A DNA stretch of 64,000 bases from the human T2T-CHM13v2.0 reference genome, Homo sapiens: the NCBI RefSeq assembly GCF_009914755.1, contig NC_060947.1, one strand, 5' to 3'. The position numbers were made by a program, and so were the translations under genes. This document shows positions 35,009-50,497 of the stretch, piece after piece. The notes under the pieces are model-generated. The model saw only the letters and a list, made by a program, of their open reading frames with translations, made no database searches and had not been told where the DNA came from. How positions within the stretch are numbered: the stretch's first letter is position 1; the number at the start of each line of letters is the position of its first letter.

Positions 35009-36039
35009 CTCTAGCTGCATATCCATTTCCACTGGTAGAGCTTTAGTTCAGGTCTTATCATCGCTCTTTTAGATGAAGTCACTCACTTCCAAGCTGATTT
35101 CCTGGCTCTCTGTCTTCCAAACCATCCTGCCCTGTGCCCCAACATGTAGCTCAAGTCACTCTCTCACTGCCATCCAAGGATGCTCTGTACATTGCCCACT
35201 CCTGCCCAAATCCTCCTGTCCTTCCCCACACTCAGTTTCCTCCTCCATGAGACTTTCTCAACGTGTTCCGACAACAGTCGCTACCCTCTTTTCCCTGGAC
35301 TCTTGACACACCCCACTGTTGCACCTAGCATTTGACTGCGTAATGTTTTGCATTGCAATCCGTCTATCTATGGAGTGTATCTTCTTGACTCAATTGCAAG
35401 CTCCAAGAGGGAAGGCACCATGCCTTACTCATCCTTTTTACTCTCTCCTCCCACTGTCACACAGTGGCGACCTCAGTAAATGTAGATTGGCTGATGAATG
35501 GGCTATTTTCTCCCTCACAAGACTGTGAACTCCTCAAGGGCAGTTTCTGGACAGAGTCTTATGCTGTTCTGTTTGTTTTAACGAACAATTTTTTGACCAG
35601 GATCTGTTCCAGATGTGGGATTATGGAGATGAAAGGCATAGTGCCTGCCCTCAAGGAAATTACCATGTAGCTGGGAAACCAATGTGTGTGAATATTTACA
35701 ATGCAGTGTGAGATGTACAATGAATAAAGCATAGACAAGGTGAAAAATGCCTAAAGAGGTGAAAGTGGTAAGCAGAATTTGGGGAATGGGATGTTGAAGA
35801 CATAGCAGAGGCAGTGCCTGCTTAGGGGGAAGGTAAGGACATTCCAGTCAGGGGAGCTGTAGGCATAAAGGCTTGGAAGCAGGAAAGAGTACATGGTGTG
35901 TGTTAGGGAACAATGGAAGTTCAAGAGCAGGGTCAGGTATGAAGGACCTTGAACAGCAGCGGGAAGTGTTCAGATGGAGAATGATGGGAAACTGTTCAAG
36001 GGTAACTGAGCAGACTTCTATATTGAGAGGCACTCAAAG

Positions 36040-36785
<746 letters not shown>

Positions 36786-36789
36786 GAGA

Positions 36790-39370
36790 CCATCAAATCA
36801 GTCTGGCTGCAGTATGGGGAATGGATTGGAGTGAGGCTAACCTCAGTGTGGGGAGAGCAGTGAAATGACTTCTGCAATGGCCCAGGCAAGAGTTAGTGAG
36901 CTCTGGAACTAAGGTAGTGGCAGAGGGGCTGGAGAGGAGGGTTGAGAGTCAGAGGACATTTAGGAGGTTGAATCAATGAGAGTAGATAAATGGATTGAGG
37001 GGAGAGAATAAGTTAGACAGATGAAAGAGTCTAGGATGCCACTCTGGTTTCTGGCTTTGACAGGTGGGCAGATGGTGGTACTACCAAACCCCACAGGGCT
37101 CAGTACAGTGTCTAGCCCTCAGCACAAGTCTGTGGAATGAACACACGATTGAATGATTGAATGAAGTGTATTCATGTCCTCTCCTCCCTCTCTGTGGCTC
37201 CTTATCACCCATAGGGTAGACCTTTGAACCTCAGCATACTTGATTCCACCACTGCCCATTTAGAGGCATGGAGCAGCCTGGAGATTCTGCTGTTCCTGGG
37301 TTCAGCCCCAGGATACCATTATCTTATTTCTTTCCTTCTGGTCCAGAAACCGCCTGGTCACTCAAGAGATTCTTGGCCTGGGCGGAGGGATGGGAGGGAA
37401 CTTGGGAGTGGATAGCCACCAAGGTTCTGAGGACCCTTGTCATGAGCTCAGGACCCTCTCTTATATCATTAGCCTGCATCCTCACCCAGACTGCCACTCA
37501 TCCACAAACCCACCTCATCCTACCCAGCTATGCCTCCCATCAATTAGTGATGCGACTGGAATCCTCATTCCTAGGTTTCCCACTGTGGGCCTACATTTCC
37601 TTTGCAGTTCCCGCTGGAATCAGCCACCTGCCAATCCACCAGGCCAGCAGTGGGCCTCTCAGCATTCTCTTTGGACCACCTGCCTCAGAACCACATGGAT
37701 AGGGAGATTTATTAAACACGCAGATGGCCACACTCCATGTCTGCTCCACTAAATCAGATTCTACAGGGCTGGGTAGAAGGAATGCATCAGTCCCGCATGT
37801 TTCAGAGGTTCCCTGGGTGGTCCTGATACCCAGTAATATGGGAGCTGCTGTGGTGGAGAGTGTAAGTGTGGATTAAGGGTGCATGTGCTCCTGCCACACT
37901 GCACACAGCCCCTGGGGGCCACTCAATGGACCCTTCCTTAGAATGCTCTCCCAACATGGGCATGCTCCCTCAATGCTCATCTTTCCACCAGGAAACACAC
38001 TCCTGCTCTGCCACTAATCAGATCTTGCACAATCTTCTGCCCCTCCTCCTTCCCCCACTAAATTTCCACAGGACAATCAGTACTCAATTGCTTTTTCCTC
38101 TGTCCTTCCAGGCACTTATCACAGTCTGACTCGTGTGAGAATTGGTTGTTTACATGTGAGCTCGTGAAGAGCCTGGGCCAAGTCTGGGAAGACTAATGCT
38201 TTTAGACTAGCAGCATCTAGGACAGGGCCAGGCATACAGTAGGTGCCTGATAGATACTTAGGGAATTGAATCACTCATGAGAGGAGCAAGAGGCCTGAAT
38301 AACATAAATCAAAGTCTTGTGCATTTGGCTTTAGGAGTGACTGCATTCCGGGTCTTTTCCAAGAACAGATTTGCCTGACAGTGAGGTTAATAGGTCATCA
38401 CCACTGCTTTATAAGCCCCAGAGAGGTGGGAACAGAGTGACCTGCCAAGGCCATAGCAAGGTCAAGAGCTGTGGGGCTGGCACTGTGGACAGGCCAAGCT
38501 GGCAGGGAGCTTCATGCATTCATTCTTTCAACCAACTTTTAGTGAGTTCCTCCTATGTGCTAGGCACTGCACAAGGTACCAAAGATAAAGCCGTGAATAA
38601 AACAGACAAGGTTCCTGCCCTTACAGTGTTTACAGTTTAGAAGGGGAGATAGATGTTATTAATTTCAGAAAGAATTATAGTTATGATAAGTGCTGTAAAG
38701 GAAAAGAACAATGTGCACTGAATGTGCATATAATAGGAGGACTCGATTTAGCCTGACACGAGGGCAGTGGAGCTGTTCAAGGAGGGTTTACCCAAGGAAG
38801 TGGCCATAAACTGAGATCATAAGCATGCCTAGGAGTTAAACACAAAAACCTTGGAGGAGAGCATCCAGGCAGAGGGTGCAGCCATGGAAAGACCCAAGTC
38901 AGCTGCAAATTTGGCATGTGTCAGGAACATGCAAGAGGCTGATGCGGCTAGAACAGAGGGACTGAGGGAGTGAGAGGCAGGAGGTGAGACTACACAACTA
39001 GCTGGGGGCCAGGTCACTAGGGCTTTTGTGGGCCATGGTAAGGAGCTTGCATTTTACTAAAAGTGGAATGGGAAGGTTTTAAGCTGGGGAGTGGTACAAT
39101 TTAACGCTGTGTGTGTGTGTGTAGGTGTGTGTGAATAGAGAGGGGAGTGTCAACATCTTGCCCAGGTTGGTCTTGAACCCCTGGGCTCAACCGATCCTCC
39201 CACCTTGGCCTCCCAAAGTGTTGGGATTACAGGCAGCGTGACCCCACCACACCTGACCTCATTTGTGTTTTAAAGAGAGTCCCTTGGCTGCTGTGTTGTT
39301 GGTCATGGATTGAGGTGGGGACAAGAGTGGAAGCAGAAGGACAAGTTTGGAGGTTATGATGGTGACCTGG
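36790..39370 (-). mobile_element. Scattered L2 fragments (~36790-37085, ~38510-39370) with a MER5-like piece (~37690-37850) and a FLAM (~39150-39255)
   Basis: CATTCATTCTTTCAACCAAC..CCTATGTGCTAGGCACTG; GGCCATGGTAAGGAGCTTGCATTTTA. Confidence 0.65.
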
Positions 39371-40314
39371 CAGTGGGTGGTGGCTGTGGAGGCCTCCTGT
39401 GAAAGTTGAGCCCACACATTTTACAAATGAAGAAACTGAGGCCCAGAGAAGGGGAGTGACTTTACCAAGGTCACCCTGCTTCCTGGTCCTATTCTCCCAT
39501 AGGAGGGAATTTAACAGAGAACCAAGCAGATAATTCTAAGTGAATTCTGGTAGGATGAATTCGTTGGTGCACTGTGGCAAATTTGGGGTTCTGGAAGCTG
39601 TTGCAGATGCTTAGAGTGGAAAGTAAATTAAGAATTCTGGTATTTGGGGTTCTCTGTTGTTCCAGTGCCTGGGGCTGCAGTGAGGCTGGCATCAGCCCCA
39701 AGTTACATATCCCCACCCTGTTTAGTCTGGCCATTGCTCAGACAGGAGCTAAGTGCTTGCAGGCCAGTTCCTTCCTGCCTCCATAGTATAAGGAAGTGTG
39801 AGCTGGGCAGGACTCCCAGTGCTCTCTTGGTCTCAGAGCAAGCAAGCAGAAACCTCATGCGGGGCCATGTGAGGTCAGGAGGGAGGGGTCCGAATACCTG
39901 AGCTTGGTTGAGATTGGCTGCTCTTTGACACACCACTTCTGTGGACGGCCAATCACAAGAGCCACAGTATCCTTGCTCACTTCTTCCCCTCCTTCACTTG
40001 TCCTTGCAAAAGCCACAGAACTTCCCGCCACAAAGTGAGCAGGGGAGAGAAGTTCCTTCCCTCCTCCACTCCATAACCGGTCCAAAAGGCCTTGGGGAGA
40101 GGCACCTTGCTTACAGCCAAAGGATGAATGCCCTGCTTCCCAAAGCTTGGAGAGAAGCATTTGCTCTTTGTGGGGGACCAGGTTGAGCACCAATTAGGGA
40201 GAAATGACACCAAATGGATTTTCAACCAAGGCTTTGCCAAAATAGCCTAGACTGTAGATAATTGTGAAAATAATCCTAGTCAGGAAAATTCCTCTTCTCC
40301 CAAGGCCTTATCTT

Positions 40315-40687
<373 letters not shown>

Positions 40688-40899
40688 TAGCAGGCTGGGC
40701 CTCAGTTCACTACCTACCCATCTGCTTTGGACAAGAGAAATACCATAGTGGAGTGAAAAGGGTCAGGAAACCGTTTCTAATCCTGGTTCTTTTGTTGGTG
40801 AGTTGGATAACCTCCCCTCTAGACCCATTTCTCCATCTAGAAACTGAGGGAGTTGGAGTAAATGCTCTCCAAGGTCACTTCCAGTTGTGACATGCAAAG

Positions 40900-41160
40900 G
40901 GTCAAATAGCTGCTATGCATTAGATACCAGGCTAAGCATTTTACATTTCTTATTTGATTTCATTCCCACAACAGCTCCTGTGAGTCAGATACTATTATGC
41001 CCCTCACCTCTCACATAGACGTCGCAGATGAGGAAATCATGGCTCAGGGAGGTTAAGTGACTTACCCCAAAACACACAGCTAGCAAAGGGCACAGCCAGG
41101 ATGCGGATTCAGGTCTGTCTGATCCTGATTCCACACTCCACACTCATTAACTGCTTCCCT
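40900..41160 (-). mobile_element. MIR
   Basis: CAGATGAGGAAATCATGGCTCAGGGAGGTTAAGTGACTTACCC. Confidence 0.8.
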
Positions 41161-42559
41161 AAGCAGCAACTTTACAGGTTCTATGCCATCCAAATTGCCC
41201 TTAAAGCCCTGATAAGCTGGGACTGCCAAGGAGCGAAAATGACCCTTCCTCCCTGTTTCACAGTTTGAAGGTGGGACTGACATGTTGGTAGAAGCAGGTG
41301 GGCACTTGGATCCTATGAGCTGAATTACCAAGAGCGATCGCCTGGCGATAATCTACTGCCATGCTGGGGTGCCCTGGGCATCCGGGGAGAAGCAGGAGGG
41401 CACTGCCAGCTGGGAACGTTGGCAGGAAGAATGCCTCACAATCCCCTAACTTATGATCTGAAATGTCTGACAAATCCTGTACAGGTTCTCAGTGCTATAC
41501 TCTAATGATATTAATGAAGGCAGGGGAGCCTAGTGAAAATTTAATAGACCAGTATAAAAAGTTTCACAGACTCTGTCTGCAGAAGTTCTTTTGAAGGTCC
41601 ACACAAAGCCACAGAGCTGCTTGGAACTCTCCATCCAAGGAAATTATTAACCTTCCTCATTTCTGGAGGACGATGCAATCTCTTTATTAAATGCCTAAAT
41701 TGAAGGGAGAGGACACAGTGCAGTTGGGGGTTTTCCACCATAATTCATCTGAGGCTCTCGGTCAGGGAAATTTGAGCCTGGGGCCCACTCAGCTTCCTGA
41801 CCACTTCCTGCTCCCAGGCTTCCTCCAACCCTGTGTCTTTAATAAGTTCAGGTTGTCTAGAGTTCAGCTCTAGTTAACCCTTTGAAGTCTGGGTGGATAA
41901 ATCACAGCTCAAGTCCACGAACCACTTAATGTGCATCAAAGATTGACCAATGAAGCAATTGTTCCAGCATGGAAATTTCTATTGTAAGGATCAAATGAGA
42001 TAATGTATGAGCGTGAAAGCACTGTGTGATCTCTGAAGCACAGTGAATTACTTTTATTATTATTTTTCTCAATAGGATGGCTTGCTTATCTACAAGATAG
42101 ATACCTGTTCTCATTGGAGGCCTTCAAACAAATCAAACTGGTACTTGTTGAGCCTGGAATTACTAAATTTTCCTTGTATTTCCTCCTGTGTTCTTCAAGC
42201 TACTTGACACCTGTTTAAGTAGCTTCTGATGGTCCTGTAGCCTTGTGTACTTGGAGTCAGTGTAATTTGCTTATTGTTTCTCCTCAACAAAGAATGTGAA
42301 AGGCAGACGATGCAGGAGCATTTCCAGCAACATAAGGCTTGGTTTTGTCCATTGCTCCCCATACCCCAACCCTGGGATGTGAGTGCTCAAGGGGCAGGCT
42401 TGTGTTCTGAGTGCCTGAGGGCCCTTCGTGTGCACTGGGATGAATCAGTCACAGACAAAGACAGGTCAGCTAGGAAAGAGAGCTAGTTAATGTTCTGAAA
42501 ACACCCTCTTTCAGAAACGCCTGAAGTGACTCTCATATATGGCTGGAGGGAAATAAAAT

Positions 42560-43060
42560 TGATACAATATCTCACAAAATTATATATGCATTTACCTTTT
42601 GACTCACCAATCCCATTTTTAGGAATTTACCCTGAAGATACACCTCCAACAATATGGAAATGCATATGTGCAAGAATTTTCATTGCAGTGTCGTTTATGA
42701 TTACAAAATATTAGAAACTACCTAAATGTCCATACATAGAAAAGTGGTTGAATAGATTATGGCATAGCCACAGAGTGAAGTATTATGCAGCTGTGAAAAA
42801 TAATGCAGATGCTGTCTATGCACTGATATGGAGTGATTTCCAGGATATATTGTTAAGTAAAAGAAAAGCCACGTGCAAAAACAAAGAAACAAATAAACAA
42901 CAACAACAAAACAAACATGTCTGTAGTACGCTTCCTTTTGTGTAAGAAGGAAGGGGAAGTAAAAAAAATACAGAGTGGCATCTGTTCATTTGTACAAAAA
43001 GAGACACAAGAAGAATAAACCAGAAACTGATGGAATTGGTTACCTACAGGAGTGGATAGG
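42560..43060 (+). mobile_element. L1M (MC/ME-type) 3' fragment
   Basis: TTTGACTCACCAATCCCATTTTTAGGAATTTACCCTGAAGA; ORF 42526 (LPFDSPIPFLGIYP) resembles the L1 ORF2 C-terminus. Confidence 0.8.
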
Positions 43061-43099
43061 AATGGCTCATAATAGGTGCTTAATAAGCATTTCCTGATG

Positions 43100-44250
43100 G
43101 TGAATTACAGGACACAACAAAGGGAATGATTGACTTAGCCTGGGAGCATCAGGAAAGCTTTCTATTGCTATCTTGAAAGATGAGTGTGTGGTCATCAGGT
43201 TTGCTGACCATAATGGGGAGATTGTTTCAGGCAGAGGGAACAGTTATGAGCAAAGATCCACACGGGGAGAAGTAGCCTGCTATATAAAGTGGCTGGAGCA
43301 TTGGGTGGGATGGGGACTATTGTGAGAGAAGGCTGGACAGAGCAGGCAGGAACCAGAAGGTGGACTTCCTTCTATGCAATGGTAAGGAGTTTGCATTTTC
43401 ATCTCAGTAAGATGAGAACCCATTGGAATATTTTCAGCAGGAGAGTGATATGGGCCAGTTTATGCTCCATCAATCCCTCTGCTGTAGAGCGGGGTGTGGA
43501 CTGAAGGGTATGAGAGTGGAAGCAGGGAGGCCAGTTAGGAAGCTATTGTAGCCATCCAGGTAAGAGAGGATGGTGGCTTGGACCAGGAAGGTAGTACAGG
43601 TTGAGCATCCTAAATCCAAAAATCTGAAATCTGAAATGCTCCCAAATCTAAAACTTGTTGACATGGCGCTCAAAGGAAGTTCTCATTAGAGCATTTCAGA
43701 TTTAAGATTTTTGGATTTGGGATGCTCAACCGGAAAGTATAATGCAAATATTCCCAAATGGATCTGGGGCTCAGGGGAGAAGGCCTGGATCAGGCCACAG
43801 ATGTGGTAGCATATAGATGGAGGGGGGAAAGATGAGATTGGATGGGGCCAGAATGGGAGAGTGTATGTACTGGAGTGAGAAGAGGTCTGAGGACAGAGTC
43901 CTGGGAACCACTGACATGTAAAAGGGGCAGAGGAGGATGACTTAGTAAAGGGGGCTACAAAAGAGTGGTAATAGCACAGTAGGAGGTCTAGGAGAGAAGA
44001 GAGTCAGAGAAGGCTGAGGAGAAGAGCGTTTCCAGGGAAGCATGTTCAGTATGCTCAGGGCCCAGGGCTAAGAGGCCCTCTAATATAGGAGCAGAAAAAT
44101 GTCCACTGGGTCTGGTGTTTACATTGGATCTTTGAGCAGGTCCAGGGGAGTGTCAGGGGCAGAAGCCAAACTGCAAGACTGAGGAATGAAGGGAAGGAGT
44201 GAGGTGGGATGGTAGCCGGGGGAGGATTGGAGGGTGACAGGTTGGAGGAG
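43100..44250 (-). mobile_element. L2
   Basis: CAGGCAGAGGGAACAG; GGGAGGCCAGTTAGGAAGCTATTGTAGCCATCCAGGTAAGAG. Confidence 0.7.
43597..43757. mobile_element. Tigger4a/MER46-type palindromic MITE inserted in L2
   Basis: TA|CAGGTTGAGCATCCTAAATCCAAAAATCTGAAATCTGAAATGCTC, with the inverted arm GAGCATTTCAGATTTAAGATTTTTGGATTTGGGATGCTCAACC. Confidence 0.8.
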
Positions 44251-45214
44251 AGTCCTTATTATAAGGATAAGAGACAAGTAAGCCTGTTTTAGCCACAGAG
44301 AAAGAGTCAGTAGACAGGCTAGGCTGAAAACCTAGAAGACAAAGGAATTAACTAGTGGAGCCAGATAGGGAGTGGAAGGTGGGAGCTTAGAGCCCAAGAA
44401 GAGGGGCTAGAGTTGAGTAGGAGAAGGGGTACCTCTCTTTGAAGGGTTATTTCTCATGAAATCATTTTCCACGTGAAGGAAGCAGCAAAGATTAAATTAT
44501 CAATGCATGAATTGGGGCTTTTTTTTTTCAAACTTGGATAGTGTGGCCTAATCATGTGTTGGTTCAGATAGAACCCTGAGCCTTGGTCATAGGCATCTGG
44601 AGAGGACAATGCTGACAGAGACACTGCTTCCCTGCTGGAAAGTACAAACAATGCTGCTTCAAATGTGCTTATACACATTCAAACACATTTTAATGTATGC
44701 ATGGGAGCCTACAGTATTAATCAGGGTTTAAAAGTCTCCCTTAAAACAAATTATGAGCCTTTAGAGTGAATAAATAGGACCTAATGAATAGGTGTGCTAA
44801 TGGTTCTATCCTGCTCTGGACTTGGGCCAGGAGCAGGAGCACTAAAAACAGAACAGGGAGAAAGGCCTTGGGCTCTTTTCAAGTTTCTCCCCTCTGAGGC
44901 CTCCCCTAGCCCTGAAGATTCAGCAGAACTCATGGCAGAAGTGAGGCCTGGGCTTGGCAACAGCACTGATCTCTTATGAAGCAGAAGCCCACCAATCGCA
45001 GTGTTTGCCTTCTAGGGAGACGAGCTTAGGGCTAAGATGTTCTGTCCCTTTGCAGACAATAGAACCTGTAAGCTACTTCAGAAGAGCTCATGCTAGTCAT
45101 TGTCTAACTGAAAAACAATGTTCTGACTCTTGCTACATGGCAGGGTGACATATATTGGACAGAGAAGCAAGACATCCGGTTTGACCCAGTCTGTGCTACC
45201 AGCCTGCTCTGTGA

Positions 45215-45940
<726 letters not shown>

Positions 45941-46968
45941 TTAAGCTTTATGTTTTAGGGAAGTTTCAGGTTCACAGCAAGGCTTAACAGAAAGTACAGA
46001 GAGTTCCCATGTAACTGCTTTCCCCACCCACGCACATGCTGCTCCACTATCAATATTCCCTACTGCAGTGGTACATTGGTTATAACTGATGTCCCTACAC
46101 TGACACATCGTTATCACCCAAAGACCATAGTTTACATTAGGATTCATTCTTGCAGTCATACCTTCTATGGGTTTTGACAAGTGTATGGTGACATGCATCT
46201 ACCAGTACAGTATCACACAGAATAGTTTCACTGCTCTAAAAATCCCATTTTCCACCTATTCATCCTTCTCTCTCCATTAACCCCTGGCAAGCCCTGATCT
46301 TTTTACTCTCTCTAAGATTTTGCTTTTTCCAAGTTTCATCTAGTTAGAATCATATCGTATGTAGTGTTTTCACATTGGCTCCTTTCACTTAGTAATGTGC
46401 ATTTAAAGTTCTTCCACGTATTTTCATAGCTTGAACATTCATTTCTTTTTAGCACTAAACAATATTTCATTGCCTAGATGTACCACAGTTTATTTATCCA
46501 TTCATCTACTGAAGGACAACTTGGTTGCTTCCAGGTTTGGGCAATTATGAAAAAAGGTACTATAAACACCCATATGCAGATTTTTGTGTGGACATAGGTT
46601 TTCAAATCATTTGGGTAAACACCCAGGAGTGTGATCAATGGATCATATGGTAAGAGGATGTTTACTCTTGGAAGAAAATTGTCAAACTGTCTTCCAAAGT
46701 GACTGTACCATTTTGCATTCTCAACAGAAGTGAATGAGAGTTCCTATTGCTTCATATTTGGTGGTGTCAGTGTTCCAAATGTTGGCCATTCTAATAGGCA
46801 TCTCATTGTGACTTAAATTTGCAATTCTCTAATGACATGATGTTGAGCATTTTTTCTTATGCTTATTTTCCATCTGTATATTTTCTTTGTTGAGCTTTCT
46901 ATTCAGATATTTTGCCTATTATAAAATCAAGTTGTTTGTTTTCTTATTATTGAGTTTTAAGAGTTCTT

Positions 46969-47583
<615 letters not shown>

Positions 47584-48387
47584 TCATATGTGTATTTTGC
47601 ACATCTTTTCTCCCAGTCTATGGCTTGTCTCTCTCTTGACAGTGTCTTTCATAAAGCAGAAGTTTTTAGTTTTAATGAAGTCTAGTTTATAAGTTATTTA
47701 TTTCATGGATTGTGCATTTGGTGTTGAATCTAAAAAGTCATCACCATACTCAATGTCATCTAGGATTTCTCCTATGTTATCTTCTGGGAGTTTTATAGTT
47801 TTGAGTTCTACATTTAGGTTTGTAATCCATTTTGAGTTAATTTTTGGGAAGGGTGTAAACTCTGTGCCTTGATTCATTTTTATGAGAGTCTTATGATAAA
47901 AACTCTCCTGAATAATTTGAATTCATTAGTTGAATGAATAGGCCTATGCCATTTCTTTTTGTGTGACTTTGGCGGATTTATCTTTTAAAGAATTGGTCAA
48001 TTTCAACTAGTTTATCAAATTTGTGAGCATACAGTTGTTCATAAGATTCTTTTATTATCCTTTTAATGTCCTTGGGAATTGTAGTAATATCCCTCTTTCA
48101 TTTCTGATGTTAGTAATTTGTGTCTTTTCTCTTTTCTTCTTAGTTTGCCTGGCTAGAAGTTTATCAATTTTATTGATCTTTTCAAAGAACCAAGTTTTAG
48201 TTTTGTTGACTTTTCTCTATTCATTTTCTGATTTCAATTTCATTGATTTCTGCTCTATTTTTTATTATTTATTTTCATCTGCTTACTTTGGGTTTAACTG
48301 GCTCTTCTTCCAGTTTCCTCAGGTGGAAGCTTAGATTATTGATTTTTCGACCTTTCTTCTTTTCTAAATACACACTCAATACTATAA

Positions 48388-48615
<228 letters not shown>

Positions 48616-50137
48616 TAGCTAGTCCTGTTGGCTAGGACTATAGGTGTCATACCCAGTTAATTTTTTATTTTTATTTTCTTGTAGAGATGGGGTCTTGCTA
48701 TGTTGCCCAGGGTGGTCTTAAACTCCTGGCCTCAAGCAATCTTCCCACCTCAGCCTCCTAAAGTGCTGGGATTACAGACATGAGCCAACACACCTGGCCT
48801 ATATTTTCATTTTCATTTAGTTCAAAATATTTTAAAATTTCTGTTGAGACTTCTTTGATCCATGTGTTACTTGGAAGTGTGTTGTTTAATCTCCAAGTAT
48901 TTTCAGGATTTTCAACTATCTTCCTGTTATTGATTTCTTGTTTAATTCCATTGTGGTCTGAGAACAGACATTGAATTATTTATGTTCTTTTACATTTGTT
49001 AAAGGTATGTTTTATATTCCAGAATGTGGTCTATCTTGGTGAATGCTCCACGTAATCTTGACAGGAGTATGCATTCTGCTGTTGTTGGATGAGGTAGTAT
49101 AAAGATTTCTATTATATCAGTTGATGGTGTTGTTGAGTTCAACTATGTCTTTACTGATTATTTGCCTACTGGATCTGTCCATTTCTGATAGAGGGGTATT
49201 GAAATCTCCAACTATAATAGTGAATTTATCTATTTCTCCTTGCAGTTCTCTCAATTTTTACCTCACATATTTTGACCCTCTTTTGTTAGACATGTACACA
49301 TTAAGGATTGTTATGTCTTCTTGGAAAATTGACCCCTTTATCATTATGTAATTCCTTTCTTTATCCCTAATAACTTTCCTTGCTATGAAGTTTGTTCTGT
49401 CTGAAAATAATATAGGTACTCCCACTTTCTTTTGACTAGTGTTAGCACGGTACATCTTTCTCCATCCCTTTACTTTTAATATATATGTGTCTTTATAAGG
49501 TAAAGCGGGTTTCTTGTAGATAATACATATTTGGGTCTTGGTTTGTGATATACTCTAACAATCTCTCTCTTTTAATTGGTGTTTTTAGACCAATGATGTT
49601 TAAAGTGATTATTGATATAGTTGGATTAATATTTACCACATTTGTTACTATTTTCTATTTGTTGCCCTTTATCTTTTTTCCTATTTTTGTCTCCCATGCT
49701 TTTTCTGACTTTTATGGTTTTAATTAAGCATTTTTATGATTCCATTTTCTCTCCTTTCTTGGCACATCAGTTATACTTTTTTAAAACAGTTTTTAGTGGT
49801 TGCCTTAGAGTATGCAATATTGGGTTAACGACTAATCAAGTCCATTTTCAAATAGCACGATACCACTTCAAAGTACTGCAAATATCTTATAATAACTGCA
49901 TAGTCCCAAATCTTCCCTCCTATTCCTTGTATTATTGCTGTTATCCATTTAACTTCTTATATGTATAACAGAAGTTAATAATAGAATATGTATATTCTAT
50001 TAATGTCTTCATATATATAATAGAACTTCACGAACTTCTTTATATATACAATAGAACTTCTATTATATATAAAATAAAATACATTGTTAGTATTATTATT
50101 TTTAACAAACTATTAGATCACTTAAGAATAAGAAAAA

Positions 50138-50174
50138 TAAGAGTATCTTGCTCTACGGACTGAGCTAGCCAGGC
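50138..50174 (-). pseudogene. 5' half of tRNA-Lys(CTT), retroposed fragment
   Basis: Reverse complement GCCTGGCTAGCTCAGTCCGTAGAGCAAGATACTCTTA versus recalled tRNA-Lys-CTT GCCCGGCTAGCTCAGTCGGTAGAGCATGAGACTCTTA: 33/37 identical. Starts at tRNA nt 1 and ends just after the anticodon. Confidence 0.85.
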
Positions 50175-50497
50175 ACTATGGAATACTACACAGTCATAAA
50201 AGAGTATGAAATGATGTCCTTTGCAGCAACATGGATGCAGCTGGAGGCCATTATCCTAAGTTAATTAATGCAGAAGCAAAAAATCAAATACCACATGTTC
50301 TCACTTATTAGTGGGAGCTAAACATTGGGTACCCACAGACATAAAGATGGAAATAATAGACACTAGAAACTCCAAAAGCAGGTTGGGAAGAAGAGGGACA
50401 AGGATTGAAAAACAAACTATTGGGTAATTTCTTCATTACTGGGGTGATAGGTTCAACAGAAGCTGTACTCCCTGAATCTAAAATACAATTTATTAAA
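50175..50497 (+). mobile_element. 5'-truncated L1 (L1PB/late L1PA-like) 3' end
   Basis: ATGGAATACTAC..ATGTCCTTTGCAGCAACATGGATGCAGCTGGAGGCCATTATCCTAAG..CATGTTCTCACTTAT..CCCTGAATCTAAAATA. Confidence 0.85.

Noticed and set aside
50138-50174. Functional tRNA gene
   Set aside because: Only the 5' 37 nt are present; there is no T arm, B box or acceptor 3' strand.
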